A DNA stretch of 63,495 nt, counting the filler. It is 3 parts of 3 records of this genome, joined end to end, with 100 filler letters (N's around TTAATTAATTAA, not from the genome) between each part and the next. Parts side by side here need not be neighbours in the genome. Positions count along the whole stretch, not along the records: positions 47,968 to 63,495 come from SRR20825006_1551; 2 more parts are not named here. One strand, given 5' to 3'. The notes below the pieces were generated by a model that was given only the letters and a program-made list of their open reading frames with translations, did not search any database and had not been told where the DNA came from. Both the position numbers and the translations under genes were made by a program. Positions within the stretch are counted from its first letter, which is position 1. Each line of letters starts with the position of its first letter. Positions 58,569 to 63,495 of this stretch are shown one piece after another.

Positions 58569-60290
58569 TCAGCCCATTGGCTCGTCAGAAGGTGGCGCTT
58601 GCTCGCTGGCCTTGGAGCGTTGCTCGATCTGCTCGAGCTGCTTGGCGCCATCGTCGAGCGTCTTCTGGAGCGCGGGGGATGCGCCGCCAAAGTCGACGAC
58701 AGCCTCGCGCGCAGCTTGAATCGCAGCGCCAGGAGCCACGCCGAGCCACAGCGTCAACACAGCGGCCGCAGTGAGCGCGATCTTGGCGCCAGTGTCCTCG
58801 GCCATCTCGAACTTACCGGGCTCGCTCTCCTCGCGCATATACATGCAGACGAGCACCTTGAGGTAGTAGTAGGCGCCGGCGACGCTGGTAAGCACGGCGA
58901 GGATGGCGAGGCCGATGAAAGAGAACTCGCCGGTCGCGTTACCCACCTGCACCGCAGAGGAGAAGATGTAGAACTTGCCAACGAAGCCAGCGGTCGGAGG
59001 CACGCCCGCGCTCGAGAACATGAAGATGCCCATCATCAGGCCAGCGAACGGGTACTTGAGCCCGAGGCCAGTGAGATCTTCGTAGGTCTCGACGGTGCGT
59101 CCCTTGCGACCGAGGATGCTCAGGACACCGAAGGCGCCGACGGTGCCCGCGGTGTAGGTCAGCAGGTAGAAGAGGACGGTGTCATTGTGCAGGAAGAATT
59201 TGACGTCTGCGCCAGCCGCCACGAACCCGAGCAGCAGGTAACCAGCGTGCGCGATGCTCGAGTAAGCGAGCATACGCTTGACGTTGGTTTGCATGATGGC
59301 GACCACGTTGCCGAGCACCATGCTCGCTGCAGCGAGGAAGAAGAAGACGTCGATCCAACCGATGCCAAAGAAGCCACCTTTGAGCTGTGAGCTTTCGAAG
59401 GCGATCATGAACACGCGGATCATCGCTGCGAACGCGCCAGCCTTGACCGTGGTGGCCATGAAGCCGACGGCAGGAGCAGGAGAGCCGGTGTAGACGTCAG
59501 GCGTCCAGATGTGGAATGGCACCGCAGCGATCTTGAACGCGAAGCCGCTGAGAATCAGCAGGATGGCGACCGTCAGGAGCAACCCTGCATCCTGAGCAGC
59601 TTCGGGGACGCTGGTGACGCCGTTTTGAACGATGGGGGTCACGATGCGGTTAAGCCCCGTGCCGATGTGCTCGAGGTTTGTGGTCCCGGTGATGCCGTAA
59701 ATCATCGACATCCCGTAGAGCATCAGGCCAGCGGAGAACGCTCCGAGGATGAAGTACTTCATCGAGGACTCCGCGCCGCGCGGATCGCGGCGCATGTAGC
59801 CAGCCAGGCAATAGACCGGGATCGACATGATCTCGAGCGCGATGAAGATCGTCAGCAAGTCCGCGGCGCTGGCCATAAAGATGGCCCCGGACACCGAGAA
59901 CAGCACGAGCATATAGAACTCGCCGCGGTCCATCCGCGAGAACTTCATAAACGGAGGTGTCTGTAACATCGCTATCCCACCGGAGAGGCAGGCGATGAAG
60001 ACAAAGAAGAGCGCGAAGCGATCCAGGTAGAGCATCCCGTGGAAGGTCGTCCCATCGACGGTGTTGTCCCAGAGCAAGTACGCGCTCAGGCCTGCGAGCC
60101 CGAGGCCGATAGCGCTGATGTAAGCCAGGTAATCGCGCCTTGTCCCGGGCCTGTGGAACGTGTCCACGAGGATCACGATCATGGCCACGATCGCGACGAT
60201 CGAGCCGGGGATAAGCGCCAGATACTCGGCAGCTGACGGGGGCGTCAGCATCGCCAGGGTCTGGAAGCCAGTCAAGATGTTCGCCAGCAT
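58569..60290 (-). CDS. nuoN: NADH-quinone oxidoreductase subunit N
   Basis: Motifs ESSMKYFILGA, FKIAAVPFHIWTPDVY.G, KRMLAYSSIAHAGY and AGVPPTAGFVGKF. Confidence 0.96.
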   Translation of the reverse strand: MLANILTGFQTLAMLTPPSAAEYLALIPGSIVAIVAMIVILVDTFHRPGTRRDYLAYISAIGLGLAGLSAYLLWDNTVDGTTFHGMLYLDRFALFFVFIACLSGGIAMLQTPPFMKFSRMDRGEFYMLVLFSVSGAIFMASAADLLTIFIALEIMSIPVYCLAGYMRRDPRGAESSMKYFILGAFSAGLMLYGMSMIYGITGTTNLEHIGTGLNRIVTPIVQNGVTSVPEAAQDAGLLLTVAILLILSGFAFKIAAVPFHIWTPDVYTGSPAPAVGFMATTVKAGAFAAMIRVFMIAFESSQLKGGFFGIGWIDVFFFLAAASMVLGNVVAIMQTNVKRMLAYSSIAHAGYLLLGFVAAGADVKFFLHNDTVLFYLLTYTAGTVGAFGVLSILGRKGRTVETYEDLTGLGLKYPFAGLMMGIFMFSSAGVPPTAGFVGKFYIFSSAVQVGNATGEFSFIGLAILAVLTSVAGAYYYLKVLVCMYMREESEPGKFEMAEDTGAKIALTAAAVLTLWLGVAPGAAIQAAREAVVDFGGASPALQKTLDDGAKQLEQIEQRSKASEQAPPSDEPMG

Positions 60291-60425
60291 ATGCTGCTCT
60301 CTATCTCAGTCGAGCGTCTTGCCCACTCTGGCATCGAGCCAGGGAGTGAGCGCCACGCCGCAATCACGAACGGTTCGAGGTCCGCGCCGAGGTCATCCTC
60401 ACGCGCGTCCCAATTCAAATCATTA

Positions 60426-62276
60426 TCAGCGAGCCGAGCCTGCGCCCTTCTCTGCCTTGTCCTCGAGCTCGAGCATCGGCCCCTGGGGCAGGATGCTCGC
60501 CTCTGGCGTCTCCACGCGGACAAGCCCGCTCGGAGACACCTGTGAATCCATGTAGGTCAGGAACTGGTAGACCGATGGCTCCATGCGACTCAGGAAGAAG
60601 TTTGGCGCCACACCCATGATGATGGCCATGGCCACGATCGGGATGAGGTAGCCGAGCTCGCGCGCGTTCACGTCCTCGAGGTTCTTGTTCTCTTCCTTGT
60701 CGAGCGGCCCGAACATCACGCGGCGCCACATCCACAGCAGGTAAGCCGCGGCGAAGATCACGCCCAGCGCGGCGAACGCCGTCAGGAAGATGGCCGTGAG
60801 CTCTGGACCTGCCTGCTGCAAGTCGCTCATCGGGAAGTACTCGGGGGTCTTCCATGCCCAGGCGAGCCCTTGCTCGGTCTGGACGTGGCCCACGATGTAG
60901 GGGTCCTTGAAGAAGAGGAAGTGCGAGCGGGAGGTCCCGATCAACGCCAGGAACTCACCGACAAACCCGTTGAGTCCAGGCAGCCCGACAGAAGCCATCA
61001 CGATGACCATGAAGAGCGCCGAGAAGACGGGCATGGAACGAGCCACGCCGCCAAAGGCGTCGATCTTCTTGGTGTGACGTCGCTCGTAGAGGATGCCGAC
61101 ACAGAGGAAGAGTCCGCCGGTGGCGATACCGTGCGCGAGCATGATGTAGAGGCCACCCTGCAAGGCTTGCGGCGTCATCGCGATCAAGCCGAGGACGCAG
61201 AAGCCGAGGTGACTCACGGACGAGTACGCCACGATCTTCTTCACGTCGGGTTGCACCATCGCCACGATCGCTCCGTAGAGGATGCCGATCACGGCCAACA
61301 CGGCGATGTAAGGCGCGAAGGTGCGAAGCGCTTCAGGGAAGAGCGGGAACGCGTAGCGGAGCAGTCCGTAGGTACCCATCTTGAGCATCACGCCCGCCAG
61401 AACCACCGAGCCTGCCGTGGGCGCCTGAACGTGCGCCAGCGGGAGCCATGTGTGGAATGGGAAGAGCGGGACTTTGATGGCAAACGCCAGGAAGAACGCC
61501 AGGAAGAGCCAGAACTGCTCGTTGTAGCTGAGCTGGACCTTGAAGAGATCCGCGAACAGGAAGCTGTAGGTTCCCGTGTCGGCGCCGACCTTGAAGTAGA
61601 CATACAGGATCGCGATCAGCATCAGCAGCGAGCCAACCAGCGTGTAGATGAAGAACTTGACCGCAGCCTGAACCCTGTCCTCTCCGCCCCAGACACCGAT
61701 GATGAAGTACATCGGGATGAGCATCATCTCCCAGAAGATGTAGAAGAGGAACACGTCGGTCGCCACGAGGGCACCGAGCATCGCCGTCTCCAGGACAAGC
61801 AGGCAGATCATGTACTCTTTGACGTGCCGATCTTCGGCAGAATACGTCGAGAGGATCACGAGCGGCATCAGGAAGGTCGTGAGCATGATCAGCCAGAGGC
61901 TGATGCCATCGACGCCCATCGCGTAGTGAATCCCGATTAGAGGAATCCACTCCACGGGCCCTTCGATCATCTGGAAGGTGAACGGAGCCCCTGCCGTGAG
62001 CGTCGCCTGGGGGTTAAACAACACCAGGACGCTCAGGCTGACGACGAACGTGCCGATCGTGGTGATCAGCGCCGTGGTGCGCAACGCCTGGAGCTGCTGC
62101 TTTGGCATCAGCATCAAGGCCAACACACCGAGCAGCGGCGCGAAGGTCACCACCGTCAACCAGGGAATCGTACCCGGCGCCGTCAGGGGCGCGCCGAGCG
62201 TGAGAAAAGAACTCACCAAACTTGTCAGGCCAACCGCATCCATCATCGGTCGAGATCCTATCGCTGCGTCGCCCAC
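60426..62276 (-). CDS. nuoM: NADH-quinone oxidoreductase subunit M (true start may be downstream)
   Basis: Motifs GVDGISL, FYIFWE..LIPMY, AFAIKVPLFPFHTWLP.AH..APT, AYSSVSHLG and GLPGLNGFVGEF. Confidence 0.96.
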   Translation of the reverse strand: MGDAAIGSRPMMDAVGLTSLVSSFLTLGAPLTAPGTIPWLTVVTFAPLLGVLALMLMPKQQLQALRTTALITTIGTFVVSLSVLVLFNPQATLTAGAPFTFQMIEGPVEWIPLIGIHYAMGVDGISLWLIMLTTFLMPLVILSTYSAEDRHVKEYMICLLVLETAMLGALVATDVFLFYIFWEMMLIPMYFIIGVWGGEDRVQAAVKFFIYTLVGSLLMLIAILYVYFKVGADTGTYSFLFADLFKVQLSYNEQFWLFLAFFLAFAIKVPLFPFHTWLPLAHVQAPTAGSVVLAGVMLKMGTYGLLRYAFPLFPEALRTFAPYIAVLAVIGILYGAIVAMVQPDVKKIVAYSSVSHLGFCVLGLIAMTPQALQGGLYIMLAHGIATGGLFLCVGILYERRHTKKIDAFGGVARSMPVFSALFMVIVMASVGLPGLNGFVGEFLALIGTSRSHFLFFKDPYIVGHVQTEQGLAWAWKTPEYFPMSDLQQAGPELTAIFLTAFAALGVIFAAAYLLWMWRRVMFGPLDKEENKNLEDVNARELGYLIPIVAMAIIMGVAPNFFLSRMEPSVYQFLTYMDSQVSPSGLVRVETPEASILPQGPMLELEDKAEKGAGSAR

Positions 62277-62420
62277 AAAGAGTTTTTGAGGGCTTGTTCA
62301 TGCCTCGAGGCGCGCTCTGTCAGCGTCGCCCGCGAAGCTCGTATTCTCTCTTCTTCGCGAGTGGTGATTCTATTGAAAGAACAACCACTCACACTATCCG
62401 TTCTTCGTCGCGCTCGTACG

Positions 62421-63495
<1,075 letters not shown>

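Noticed and set aside
56330-61940. Long antisense ORFs (56330-57190, 58599-59390, 60870-61940; also 54324-55385 and similar)
   Set aside because: Shadow frames opposite well-supported genes in high-GC DNA; no recognisable motifs.

Overview
The window is not one locus. It is three unrelated contigs joined by two 100-nt artificial spacers (44 N + TTAATTAATTAA + 44 N) at 21134-21233 and 47868-47967. All taxonomic assignments below are inferences from gene content and composition. Contig A (1-21133) is GC-rich Alphaproteobacteria, Kordiimonas-like. It carries pntAa/Ab/B, a tacA-like sigma54 activator, murI, a periplasmic protein + MCP pair, an asparagine-synthase-like gene and gapR. A TonB-receptor/GntR insert then precedes DUF1244, an N-formylglutamate amidohydrolase, pyk, a HAD phosphatase, Zn-free rpmJ, a candidate sRNA, an M14 carboxypeptidase, apt and partial acr3. 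Contig B (21234-47867) is AT-rich, Balneolaceae/Bacteroidota-like. It carries acyl-CoA dehydrogenase-cobB-SGNH, hisC-like + fused E1 alpha/beta, two orphan HisKA_2 kinases, alkD, EamA, a phenylacetate (paa) operon, a D-amino acid dehydrogenase and an NhaC-family transporter. The paa operon is interrupted by two four-helix-bundle (23S IVS-protein family) genes, each enclosed in inverted repeats, and by a tandem array of unknown paralogs (two intact, one collapsed). Contig C (47968-63495) is very GC-rich, Bradymonadales/Myxococcota-like. It carries rnhA, an ABHD18-like hydrolase, NTase-TIGR04222-vWA-Zn ribbon/FHA-Ser/Thr kinase, DUF4398/OmpA lipoproteins, a cysteine-free phycobiliprotein-fold gene and nuoL/M/N. 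The top candidates for novelty are the IR-enclosed four-helix-bundle cassettes (possible mRNA intervening sequences), the paralog array, the phycobiliprotein-like gene, the vWA-FHA-kinase module and the orphan sRNA upstream of rpmJ.
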